Assembly: GCF_009914755.1 (NCBI RefSeq)
Contig: NC_060943.1
From: the human T2T-CHM13v2.0 reference genome, Homo sapiens
Length of the DNA stretch: 64,000 nt
Strand: one strand, 5' to 3'
The notes below the pieces were generated by a model. It did no database searches. It was not told the DNA's origin and saw nothing but the letters and a program-made list of their open reading frames with translations. Below are positions 52,844 to 64,000 of this stretch, in pieces. Made by a program: the position numbers and the translations under genes. Within the stretch, counting starts at the first letter, position 1. Every line of letters begins with the position of its first letter.

Positions 52844-55800
52844 ACTTCTACATTCTAGAAGTCTCAGTATTGCCAAGAGATGTCAAGGCATCAAGGGGTC
52901 AAGGTTAAGGCCTAAGATTAAGGCTCAATGTTATACGTGCCCTGACACTGGGGGAAAACAAGGAGGGCTGAATGGATTAACTGCAAATTCCCTGCCCCAA
53001 TGTACTCCTTTGAATAAGGTGCCCTAGCCCAAGCACTTCCTTCAGAGGCCAGGCACAGTACCTGCTTACTGCGTAGTAGTGGGCGTCAGGTTCCAGCCAG
53101 CCTGCAGAATTATTCAAACAGGCCATTCACACCCTCCTTCAAGAACCAGGGGTTACCTCCCATACTCTTGGTACTACAAAGCCTCCTGGAATAGCCTCCA
53201 CCTGATTACTGTGTTCCTGAGTGCAACACACTGTACCCCACATGGTGTGCTGGGCTCTCCTTCCCTGGGGCGAAAGTATGGGTAATTAGCAAACCAATGT
53301 TCATCTCATCTATCCAGTGTTAGCTACCATGTGCTTAGCAATAATCTGCACTTCCTTTCTAATTCTTGAGAGACATCCGGGTCCTCTGCTCCTGGGTGGA
53401 GGATTTTAGAAAAAAGGTCACTCAGAATGGGCAGGTGACTTGAACGCCTGCGGGTCCGACACAGCACCAAACCTCGCCAAGGCCTTCAGAAACCAAAAGT
53501 GCAACTGCCAGGAAAATGACTGCCCGTTCCAGTCACAGGACCGGCTACACGACCCAGGCAGAGACCGAGAAAGAGGCTCACCAAAAAGGCCAACATGCAA
53601 GAAACTGCCCTCCAGAGAACAGGGGACGTTTGTCCAAAGACATACATGCACACTCCCATTCACACACACAGCCCCAGCAATTTTTTTCAGGGGCTGCAGC
53701 CTGATCCAGAGCAGAGCGCAGTCAGCCTTGGCAAGGCGCATACACAAATCGCGAGCGGATGCTCACGTCACAGAGACCGCCACCGTTGCCTGGAGATGAG
53801 TTCTTCACTCTCTGCGAAGGAGGAGCCTTCTGTAGCAGCGCATCGGCTCGGGGCTAAGTCTAGTCCTCACTGGGGCGTCGACGGGATGGTATCCGGAGGC
53901 CAGGATTCGCGGAGGTTCGACCAGGAGGAAGAAACCTCAGGCGGAGCGTCTGGGAAGCAGCGCAGTATCCCAGGCTCAGGCCTGCGTGGACGGTGTGCCG
54001 GTGAGTCTCCCCAAAAGTCGTGCCCTTGCGATCTCCAGGACAGGTCTGCTTGTATGCCCAAGGGCTGCTCTCTCACCCCAGGGTCGTTGTCGCTCAGAGC
54101 AGAACCCAGAGGCTTCAGGGGCTGCCTGGAGATGAATGTTACTGTGCCACTGCAGTATGTCTGGGTTGTGTCTCTTTCTCTTATTTCTGTTTTCATTCTC
54201 CGTCTATCACTCTCTACCAGTTTCCGTCCGTGTGTGCGCGGGTGCGTGCGTGTGTTGGGATGCATGGGCAATGAAGGGCGGTTTCTTGTACCTTGGCCTT
54301 TCTTCTGGTGAGTCTCTCCTCGCATCTCTGTCTGGGTCATGTGGCCGGGTGTCATTCGTTTTCCAGGCGGTTACAGTTTGGGTTCGTGACCGGTGGGCAA
54401 CGTGGGGAGCTACATGAGACACGGCGGGGATTAAATCAGCTCCCAATCATGAGCGGCCTCATTGCTAGAATCAAGACAACTACACCCCAGCAAAGGAAAA
54501 AATTCTCACAAAAGCTCATCATAAACCTGCTTATGCAGGTCGAGGTGCCCATCGACCTCACTCCTCTCAATCCTCTCGCGTGTGCCCTCACTGAGAAATC
54601 TAGCCACAGCTCGATACAGGGACGGAAAAGGAAGCCGGCAACGGGATGGGGCAAACATCTCTGTGGCTCCAACGCTGGCCTTCGTGGCCAAGTCACCCGT
54701 TTGGCACTCCTCCCCGGATGGCCGTGGTGGTGGCATTGCCGCCAATCCTGCCTGGGCTCTGGCCTCTGCTCTGTCCTCCCTCTTGCTCTGTCTGCCCTGT
54801 TTCTGAGAGGCCTAGGGGCTTGTTAGTCTGGCTCAATGTCTTCAACCCAGAAGACTTCCCAGTCCATCCGGGAGAAAGTTCCTGGGGGTCGGTGTCATGA
54901 TTGTTTCCTTCTCCAAACCTCTTTCAGCATGATTGGGCAGGTGTGGTGATCCTGGAGCTCTGGGCTTTCATAGCTGTCTGGGACAGGGAAGCTTTCTGGG
55001 TCTCTGTGGCCCCGTGGTCGGTCCAGGAAGAGCGGGAGGCAACCCGACCGTTCCTGACATTTGCCTTCTAGGAAAGGCGGTGTGGCATGCCACCTGCACT
55101 TCCTCTCTGATTCTTGAGGGCCATCGGGTTCCTCTGCTCCTGGGGAAAGAGACTTCTAGCACTGAATCTTCTGGCTGCCACGGATGTCAGGGAGCCAAAG
55201 GGACTGGGTTTTGCTGGGTGCAGGGGAGGTCGCGTCGGGGGTACCTACCCGGTCGCGGGGTGGGGGTGGGGTGTAGTTTGTGGAAAGCTCTCGGCCCCTC
55301 TGGCAGGCATCTCTGAATGTGGCTTGGATTCGGGCGCAGGCCCTGTCTCGCAGGTTTTCAGGTGCGCTTGGCTTTTCCTCAGCTTTGTTGCGGAGGTCTC
55401 CCGTGGCCCCCGGGCGCACGGCTGGACACCACTGTCCGTCTCGCCATCGCCCCCTACGGCCTCAAAGACACCTGCTCACTCCATCTGCTTTTGGGGACGT
55501 CGGTGCCACGTGTGGTCACACTGGCTCCATCTCGGACTCGCCTATGTCTGTCTTTGCACGTGTCGCGGGAAGCAGTGTCGGTATGCCGGAGCCCCCGGGC
55601 CTTGGAGATGAAGGCAGGCCACTGCTCCACCCAGGAAGGAGGGAGGCAGTGGGCTCGTGTGTCAGTTCATTTTCCGCCGACAGCACGCCTTGGGGCTCTG
55701 GGGATCTTTCTGTGCCCCAGCGAGACCCTTCCCGCCTCACTGCATTGCAACCCCATTCCCGATCACCCGGTGGGATCCATCCTCGGAGCCGAAGAGGAGT

Positions 55801-58800
55801 CTGCACAGCCCAGCCGGCACCCTGAAGCTCCTCCTCCACTGGGAACGAAGCAGAAGACCGATCAAGGAGGTCCTGACGGCAGGACCCCTACGGGTCCGAC
55901 CCTGGGTCTCCCGCAGGCCCCTCTGGCAATCCTCTTCCCACCCGCCGCCTCGGGCTGCGCTGCCTTCGCCGCCGCAAGCGCCGCCACCGCCGCCCCGGTC
56001 CCCGCAACCTGCCGCGTCGCCGCCATTTTTTAAAGGGTCCGCAGCCTGACTCTCTGGGGCGAGGGGCGAGTCGGCCTCTCCAGTGCGCATGCGCGAGGCC
56101 GGAGCCGCCGCTTTGGTCACAGGGATCACCACCGTTGCCCCGGGGTGAGTCCCTGAGACTGGGCCAAGTAGGAGCCCTCTGTGACCGAGCGTCAGAGTCG
56201 GGGCTGAGATCAGTCCTGGCCAGGGCATTAACAGGATGGTCTCGGAGGCCGGGATTCGCGGAGGGTCGACCAGCAGGGAGAAGCCTCAGGAGGAAGAAAC
56301 CTCAGACGGATCGCCGGGGAGGCAGCGCGGGATCCCAGCCTCAGGTGTGTGCGGACGGTGTGCCCGTGAGTCTCCCCAAAAGTGGTGCCCTTGTGATGTC
56401 GAGGACAGGTCTGCCCGTGTGCCCGTGGGCTGCTCTCTCACCGGTGGGTCGTAGTCGCGGAGAGCAGAACCCAGCAGCTTCAGGGGCTGCCTGGGGCTGG
56501 GTGTTACCTGCTGTATGTGTGTCTGCGTTTGGGGTGTGTGTGTGTGTGTCTGTGTGTGTCTGTGTGCCCACTTATGTCTCTCTCTGATATCTCTCTCTCT
56601 CCCTTCTCGCTCTTTCCATCGCTCTCTTTTACTATCTCTGTCCATCTGTGCCTGCGTGTTTGCTGGGACACAGGTGCCCTTTGCACCAGAGGGTGGTTTC
56701 TCCCACGTCAGCCTTTCCTGTGGTCAGCCTCTCCCCGGGTCTCTACCTGGGTTGTGTGGCCCGTTGGCAGACGTTTTCCCGGCGGTTCCAGTTTGGGTTT
56801 GTGAAGGCCTGGGCAACATGGGCACCTGCGTCGGACCCGCAGGGATTTTCATCCCCTCCCTATCCTGAGCAGCCTCTTTGCTGGGATCAAGACGACCACA
56901 CCCCAGCCAAGGACAAAGTCCTCAGAGGGGCTCATTGTCCACCCGCAGGAGGGTGCCCACAGATCTTGAAGAAGACGCTTCTCACTCCTCTTGCCCTTTG
57001 CCCTCCTTGAGAAATGTAGCCACAGCTCGACACAGGGACGGAGAAGGAAGCCGGCAACGGGATGGGGCAAGCATCTCTGTGGCTCAAACGCTGGCCATCT
57101 TGGCCAAGTCACCCGTTTGGCACTCCTCCCCAGATGGCCGTGGTGGTGGCATTGCCGCCAATCCTGCTGGTCTCTGGCCTCTGCTCTGTCCTCCCTCTTG
57201 CTCTGCCTGCCCTGTTTCTGAGAAGCCTAGGGGCTTCTTAGTCTGGCTCAATGTCTTCAACCCAGAACTCTTCCCAGTCCATCCGGGAGAAAGTTCCTGG
57301 GGGTCGGTGTCATGACTGTTTCCTTCCCCAAACCTCTTTCAGCATAATTGGGCAGGTGTGGTGATCCTGGAGCTCTGGGCTTCCATAGCTGTCTGGGACA
57401 GGGAAGCTTTCTGGGTCTCTGTTGCCCCGTGGTCGGTCCAGGAAGAGCGGGAGGCAACCCGACCGTTCCTGACATTTGCCTTCTAGGAAAGGCGGTGTGG
57501 CATGCCACCTGCACTTCCTCTCTGATTCTTGAGGGCCATCGGGTTCCTCTGCTCCTGGGGAAAGAGGCTTCTAGCACTGAATCTTCTGGCTGCCACGGAT
57601 GTCAGGAAGCCAAAGGGACTGGGTTTTGCTGGGTGCAAGGGTGGTGGGGTCGGGGGTACCTACCCGGTGGCGGGGTTGGGGTGGGGTGTAGTTCGTGGAA
57701 ACCTCTCAGCCCCTCTGGCAGGCATCCCTGAATGTGGCTTGGATTCCTGCACAGGCCCTGTCTCGCAGGTTTTCAGGTGTGCTTGGCTTTTCCTCAGCTT
57801 TGTGGTGGAGGTCTCCAGTGGCCCCCCGGGCGCACGGCTGGACATCACTGTCCGTCTCACCCTCACCCCCTACGGCCTCAAAGACACCCGCTCACTCCAT
57901 CTGCTCTTGGGGGACGTCGGTGCGCGTCCGTGTGAAGAGACCACCAAACAGGCTTTGTGTGAGCAACATGGCTGTTTATTTCACCTCGGTGCACGCCGGC
58001 TGAGTCCGAAAAGAGAGTCAATGAAGGGAGATGGATTATCATTAGTTCTTGTAGGTTTTGGGTTAGGCGGTGAAGTTAAGAGCCATGTTTTGCGGGCAGG
58101 GGTGGATCTCACAAAGTATATTCTCAAGGGTGGGAAGAATTTCAAAGAGCCTTCTTAAGGGTGGGGGATATTACGGAGTACATTGATCAGTTAGGGTGGG
58201 GCAGGAACAAATCACAATGATGGAATGTAATCACTTAAAGCTATTTTGACTTCTTTTGTGGATCTTCAGTTACTTCAGGCCATCTGGGTGTATACGTGCA
58301 AGTCACAGGAGATGCGATGGCTTGGCTTGGGCTCAGAGGCTGGACATTCCTGCCTTCTTATATTAATAAGAAAAATAAAATAGTGTTGAAGTATTGGGGC
58401 GGTGAAAATTTTTGGGGGGTGGTATGAAGAGAGAATGGGCGATGTTTCTCAGGGCTGCTTCAAGCGGGATTGGGGTGGCGTGGGAAGCTAGAGTGGGAGA
58501 GATTAAGCTGAAGGGAGATCTTGTGGAAAGGGGTGATATTGTGGGGATGTTAGAAGAAACATTTGTCATATAGAATTATTGGTGATGACCTGCATACGGT
58601 TTTGGATGGATTGAGAAACTAAATGGAAAAAGAGAAGGAGAAAAACAGGTATAAAAGGTCTAAGAATTGGGAGGACCTAGGACATCTGATTAGAGAGTGC
58701 CTAAGGAGATTCAGCATAGTCCTGCCAGCAAAGATTATTTATTTACTTCAAGAGTTTAGAGTGGCAGTTTGGGGATGGCACCAGGAGATATCAGCTGTGA

Positions 58801-60149
58801 TGGCTTGGAGAAACAGTGTAAACTGGCAGTGTAAACAAGAACAGGGCATGTATGAGTAGTTGAGAACGGTGAATAGGAGTATGACTAGAGAGAAGATAGT
58901 AGGGATGGCAAGTTTTTTTGGGGCACAGTCTAAGTTGGTCTGGTGTCAAATGAGACTGGGGCCTAATAAAAAGGAGCGTCTATACAGGAGCTTAAATGCG
59001 CTGCACCTTGCAGCATTCTGACGACAGGTCTGACTTCTGAGAAGGGAAAGTGGTAAAAGTACTTTCCAGTCCTTTTTAAGTTGGTGGCTGAGCTTGGTGA
59101 GGTGTGTTTTTAAAAGACCTTTAGTCAGTTCTACTTTTCTTGAAGACAGAGGACCATAAGGGATATAAAAGTTTTACTGAATACTAAGAGCCTGAAAAAC
59201 TGCTTGGCTGATTTGACTACTAAAGGCTGGTCTGTTACCAGACTGTATTGAGGTGGGAAGGCTAAACTGAGGAATTATGTCTGACAGAAGGGAAGAAATG
59301 ACTGTGGTGGCCTTCTCAGACCCTGTAGGAAAGGCCTCTACTTATCTAGTGAAAGTGTCTACTTAGACTAAGAGGTATTTTAGTTATCTGACTTGGGGCA
59401 TGTTGAGTAAAGCTAATTTGCCAGTCCTGGGTGGGGGCAAATCTTCAAGCTTGATGTGTAGGGAAAGGAGGGGGCCTGAATAATTCCTGAGGAGTAGTAG
59501 AATAGCAGATGGAACACTGAGAAGTTATTTCCTTGGGGATAGATTTCCACAATGGAAAGGAAACGAGAGGTTCTAAGAGGAGGGATAGTGGCTTGTACTA
59601 TAGCATAGCCTGCCTTTGCTGGTGTGTGGCGATTAGGCCTGGTGGAACTGCCATCAATAAATCAAGTGTGATCAGGGTCAGGAACAGGAAAGAAGGAAAT
59701 ATGGGGAAATGGGATGAATGTCAGGTGGATGAGAGAGATAGTCATGGGGGTCAGGTGTGGTATCAGGAATAATGTGGGAGGCTGGATTGAAGTCTGTGCC
59801 AGGAACAATGGTAATTGTGGGACTTAACAAAGAGTGAGTACAGCTGAAGGAGTCAGGGAGCAGAAAGTATATGCATCAGGTATGAGGAAGAAAATAGATT
59901 TTGGAAGTTATGAGAAATGTAGAGAGTGAGTTGAGCATAGTTTGTGATTTTGAGGGCCTCTAAAAGTATTAAAGCAGTGGCAGCCGCTGCACACAGACAT
60001 GAGGGCTAGGCTAAAACAGTAAGGTCAAGTTGTTTGGACAGAAAGGCTACAGGGTGCAGTCCTGGCTCTTGTGTAAGAATTCTGACACACAAACCATGCC
60101 TAGGAAGGAAAGGAGTTGTTGTTTTGTAAGGGATTGAGGTTTGGGGAGA

Positions 60150-60626
60150 TTAACTGGACACGATCAGCAGAGAGAGCACGTGTGTTTTTCCGAGAATTAT
60201 GCTGAGATAGGTAACAGATGAGGATGAAATTTGGGCTTGACTGAAGTAATGGGGTCTGTCTGTGAAGCCTTGCGGCAGTACAGCCCAGGTAATTTGCTGA
60301 GCCTGATGGGTGTCAGGGTAAGTCCAAGTGAAAGGGAAGAGAGGCTGGGATGACGGGTGCAAAGGAATAGGAAAGAAAGCATGTTTGAGATCCAGAACAG
60401 AATAATGGGTAGCAGAGGGAGGTACTGAGGACAGGAGAGTACATGGGTTTGGCACCATGGGGTGGATAGGCAAAACAATTTGGTTGATAAGGCGCAGATT
60501 CTGGACTAACTTGTAAGCCTTGTCTGGTTTTAGGACAGGTAAAATGGGGGAATTGTAAGGAGAGTTTATAGGCTTTAAAAGGCCATGCTGTAGCAGGTGA
60601 GTGATAACAGGCTTTAATCCTTTCAA
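60150..60626 (-). pseudogene. HERV-H reverse-transcriptase N-terminal remnant
   Basis: SPYNSPILPVLKP, VLDLKHAFF and WAVLPQGF motifs; no YxDD. Confidence 0.88.
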
Positions 60627-60736
60627 AGCATGCTGTGGGATGGGATCTTGACATTGAGTGGGGTAAAAGGGTGATTAGGTTTTAATGAGATGGTAAGGGG
60701 TGCATGATCGGTCACCAAGGAGGGAGTAGGGGTATC

Positions 60737-61111
60737 TTATACTTGTGGGTTAAGGTGGGGGGATACAAGAGGAGGATGCAAAGGAGGCTTTGGATTGGGA
60801 AGAAGGGCGGCAATGAGATGCAGCTGTAGTCCAGGAATAGTCAGGGAAGCAGATAATTTTGTTAAAATATCTCGGCCTAATAAGGGAACTGGGCAGAGGG
60901 GGATAACTAAAAAAGAGTGCATAAAAGAATATTGTCTAAGTTGGCACCAGAGCTGGGGAGTTTTAAGAGGTTTAGAAGCCTGGCTGTCAATACCTACAAC
61001 AGTTATGGAGGCAAGGGAAACAGGCCTTTGAAAAGAAAGTAATGTGGAGTGGGTAGCCTCCGTATTGATTAAGAAGGGGACGGACTTACCCTCCACTGTG
61101 AGAGTTACCAA
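60737..61111 (-). pseudogene. HERV-H protease remnant (inactive)
   Basis: FLINTEATHS (catalytic DTGA degenerated to NTEA) and PLLGRDIL motif. Confidence 0.85.
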
Positions 61112-61176
61112 AATCTCGGCGTCTGTGATGGTCTACGGGGCTTCCGAGGAGATCAGGCAGCATCAATCTTCAGCCG

Positions 61177-61479
61177 CTAAGCCAAGGAGTCAGTCAGAGA
61201 GCTTTGGGCCAGAGTTCCAGGGGCTCTGGGAGTGGCTGCCAGGTGAGTTGAACAGTCCGATTTCCAGTGGGTTCCTGCACAGATGGGACATGGCTTAGGA
61301 GGAATCCTGGACTGCAGGCATTCCTTGGCCTGGTGGTCAGATTTCTGGCACTTATAGCAAGCTCCTGGGGGAGGAGGTTCTGGAGGAACGCCTGGCGGCT
61401 GCGGTTCAAGCGTTTGGAAGTTCTTGTGTGCTGGAGATGTAGCTGGGGTTTGTCTCACAGTGGAGGCAAGGAATTGCAA
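61177..61479 (-). pseudogene. HERV-H gag nucleocapsid remnant
   Basis: Two zinc knuckles, CYKCQKSDHQAKEC and CPICAGTHWKSDC. Confidence 0.85.
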
Positions 61480-64000
61480 CTTTTTTTTTATTATTGTACA
61501 CCTTGAAGGTGAGGTTAATTAAGTCCTGTTGTGGGGTTTGAGGGCCAGATTCCAATTTTTGGAGTTTTATTTAATGTCGGGAGCAGTTTGGGTAATAAAA
61601 TGTATATTGAGAATAAGATGGCCTTTTGACCTTTTAGGGTTTAGGGCTGTAAAGCGTCTCAGGGTTGCTGCCGAACGAGCCATGAACTGGGCTGTGTTTT
61701 TATATTTGATGAAAAAGAGCCTAAACGCTTCTGATTTGGGATAAAGAGAAAGGAGTATTAACCTTGACTATGCCTTTGGCTCCAGCCACCTTTTAAACAG
61801 TAAATTGCTGGGCAGGTGGAGAGGGCTAGTAACAGAACGAAAGTGTAAGCTGGACCAGGTGTGAGGAGGGAAGGCGATAAAAAGATTACAGGATGGAGGA
61901 GCAGAGGCTGAGGAAGAATTAGGACCTAGCTCGGCCTGGCGAGGAGGGGAGAGGTCAGATGGGTCTGTAGAAAAGGAAGATTACAAAGACTCAGCGACAC
62001 TTGGGGTTGGGACTGAGGGGACAGGTGGGAGGGAAAGAAAGAAGATTTGGGAGCAGTTGCACTGGGCACAGAGACTAGGAAGGGACTGATGTGTGAAAGA
62101 ATGCCTGGACATCAGGCCTCCTCAGACCATTTGCCCATTCTATGACAAGAATTATTTAGATCTTGTAGGGTGGAAAGATTGAAAGTGCCATTTTCGGGCT
62201 ATTTGGAACTACTGTGGAGTTTGTATTGGGGTCAGGCAGCATTGCAGAAGAAAATAAGACGCTTAGATTTTAGGTCAGGTGAGAGTTGCAGAGGTTTATA
62301 AGTTCTTAAGAATACAGGCTAAGGGAGAAAAAGGAGGAATGGAGGGTGGAAGGTTGCCCATAGTGAGGGAGGCAAGCCCAGAGCAAAGAGAGCATAGAGA
62401 GAGGGAGGGAAGGGGTTCAGGGGTTCTCACCCTCCAGAAAAGTGGGAAAGGGGTTGTAGCGTGGAAATAAGGGATTGGGGATTCTTGCCACCTAGAAAAG
62501 TGGGACTTGCTGCTAAGGGTGAAGGAGAAGGGGTTGAGGGGTACTTGCCCCTACCCCAGAAAAGCAGAGAAGGGGTAGAGACACAGAAGGGGTTGGGGTA
62601 CTTGCCCGTCCCCTAGAAAAGTGGGACTTGCCACTAAGGGTGAAGGAGAAGGGGTTGAGGGGTTCTTGCTCCTGCCCCAGAAGAGCAGAGAAGGGGTAGA
62701 GACACGGAGAGAAGGGGTTGGGGTACTTGCCCCTCCCCCAGAAAAGCGGGACTTGCCGCTAAGGGTGAAGGACCAAGGCAGGCGTCCCTGCATGGTCTGA
62801 CACCTTTGAAACATGGGTGAATAATCAGAGAGGTGGGCCTGCAATGATTAAACACCAAGGGAAGCCTGCCTTCCCAGTCCGTGACCGGCGCCGGAGTTTT
62901 GGGTCCACGGATAAAACGTGTCTCCTTTGTATCTAATAGAAAATGAAAGGAATTGAAATTAAGAGATGGGAGAGATTGAAGTGTGGTGCCAAGATTGAAA
63001 GGAGAAAGAGGTTGGAGGGATAGTGAGAGAAGTTGGAGAGTAAAAAGAGGCCGCTTACCGGAAGTGAAATTGGTGAGATGTTTCTTGGGCTGGTGAGTCT
63101 GAGGACCTGAGCTCATAGGTGGATCTCTCTCACGGAGCAAAGAGCAGGAGGATGGGGGATTGATCTCCTAAGGGAGGTCCCCCGATCCGAGTCACGGCAC
63201 CAAATTTCATGCCCGTCCATGTGAAGAGACCACCAAACAGGCTTTGTGTGAGCAACATGGCTGTTTATTTCAACTGGGTGCAGGTGGGCTGAGTCTGAAA
63301 AGAGAGTCAGCAAAGGGAGATGGATTACCATTAGTTCTTATAGGTTTTGGGATAGGTGGTGAAGTTGATAGCAATGTTTTGCGGACAGGGGTCGATCTCA
63401 CAAAGTACATTCTCAAGGGTGGGGAGAATTACAAAGAAACATCTTAAGGGTGGGGGAGATTACAAAGTACATTGATCAGATAGGGTGGGGAAGGAACAAA
63501 TCACAATGGTAGAATGTCATCAGTTAAGGCTATTTTGATGTCTTTTGTGGATCTTCAGTTACTTCAGACCATCTGGTGTATATGTTCAAGTCACAGGGGA
63601 TGCGATGGATTGGCTTGGGCTCAGAGGCCTGACACTGGCCTTCCAGGCAAAGTCACCCATTTGGCACTCCTCCCTGGATGGCCCTGGTTGTGGGATTGCC
63701 GCCAGTCATGCCTGGGCTCTGGCCTCTGCTCTGTCCTCCCTCTTGCTCTGCCTGCCCTGTTTCTGAGAAGCCTAGGGGCTTCTTGGTCTGCCTCAATGTC
63801 TTCAACCCAAAAGACTTCCCAGTCCATCCGGGAGAAAGTTCCTGGGGGTCGGTGTCATGATTGTTTCCCTCTCCAAACCTCTTTAAGCATGATTGGGCAG
63901 GTGTGGTGATCCTGGAGCTCTGGGCTTCTATAGCTGTCTGGGACAGGGAAGCTTTCTGGGTCTCTGTGGCCCAAGTGATGGCTGCGTGGTCCGTCCAGGA

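Larger units (their letters stand above)
57921..63634 (-). mobile_element. HERV-H provirus, ~5.7 kb (common internally deleted form), with LTR7B/LTR7Y-like LTRs
   Basis: 5'LTR 63205-63634 (TGTCAGGCCTCTGAGCCCAAGC…CATGAAA); tRNA-His PBS TGGTGCCGTGACTCGGAT at 63185-63202; PPT at 58347-58364; 3'LTR 57921-58346. Confidence 0.95.
53345..64000. repeat. Edge of a ~2.4-kb GC-rich tandem macrosatellite (SST1/MER22/NBL2 family)
   Basis: 54933 and 57348 start near-identical stretches (period 2415 bp); a third copy resumes at 63635; consistent with the known SST1 array at 19q13.12. Confidence 0.88.

Noticed and set aside
52880-53340. Possible additional old LTR just before the satellite
   Set aside because: Looks LTR-like but I could not assign a family or termini
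53418-58158. Many long ORFs in the macrosatellite
   Set aside because: GC-rich stop-poor sequence with no recognisable domains; frames mostly differ between units
62400-62770. Repeated AAAAGTGGGACTTGC…GGGTACTTGCCCC units as a CRISPR-like array
   Set aside because: Ordinary imperfect repeats of the HERV-H pre-gag leader; no unique spacers; eukaryotic context
57921-63634. Coding-competent HERV-H
   Set aside because: Protease catalytic Asp lost, RT lacks YxDD, frames fragmented, env largely missing

Overview
Human genomic DNA; the gene content identifies it as 19q13.12 (recognised from sequence, not looked up). About 52 kb of very Alu-rich DNA carries two overlapping zinc-finger genes. ZNF146/OZF (+) has a single coding exon at 34856-35734 with ten C2H2 fingers and no KRAB. 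ZNF565 (-) shows a coding exon at 381-454, proximal first exons at the ~13 kb bidirectional CpG island, and a distal coding first exon at 43891-43945 whose intron contains the whole of ZNF146. The ZNF146 introns and 5'UTR preserve a fossil KRAB-A, KRAB-B, spacer and several dead fingers, recording how a KRAB-ZNF became 'only zinc fingers'. Also present are two HERV-K(HML-2) solo LTRs inserted into Alus (one with R/U5 deleted), a 28-bp orphan HML-2 LTR/PBS-junction stub, a Y1 RNA pseudogene, DNA-transposon and MaLR fossils, and several local templated duplications, including a perfect 106-bp inverted copy. From ~53.3 kb the window enters a ~2.4-kb GC-rich macrosatellite array (SST1/MER22/NBL2 type), interrupted by a 5.7-kb HERV-H provirus that has no target-site duplication and out-of-register flanks. 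There is no prokaryotic or CRISPR-type system; most ORF-track entries are repeat-derived.
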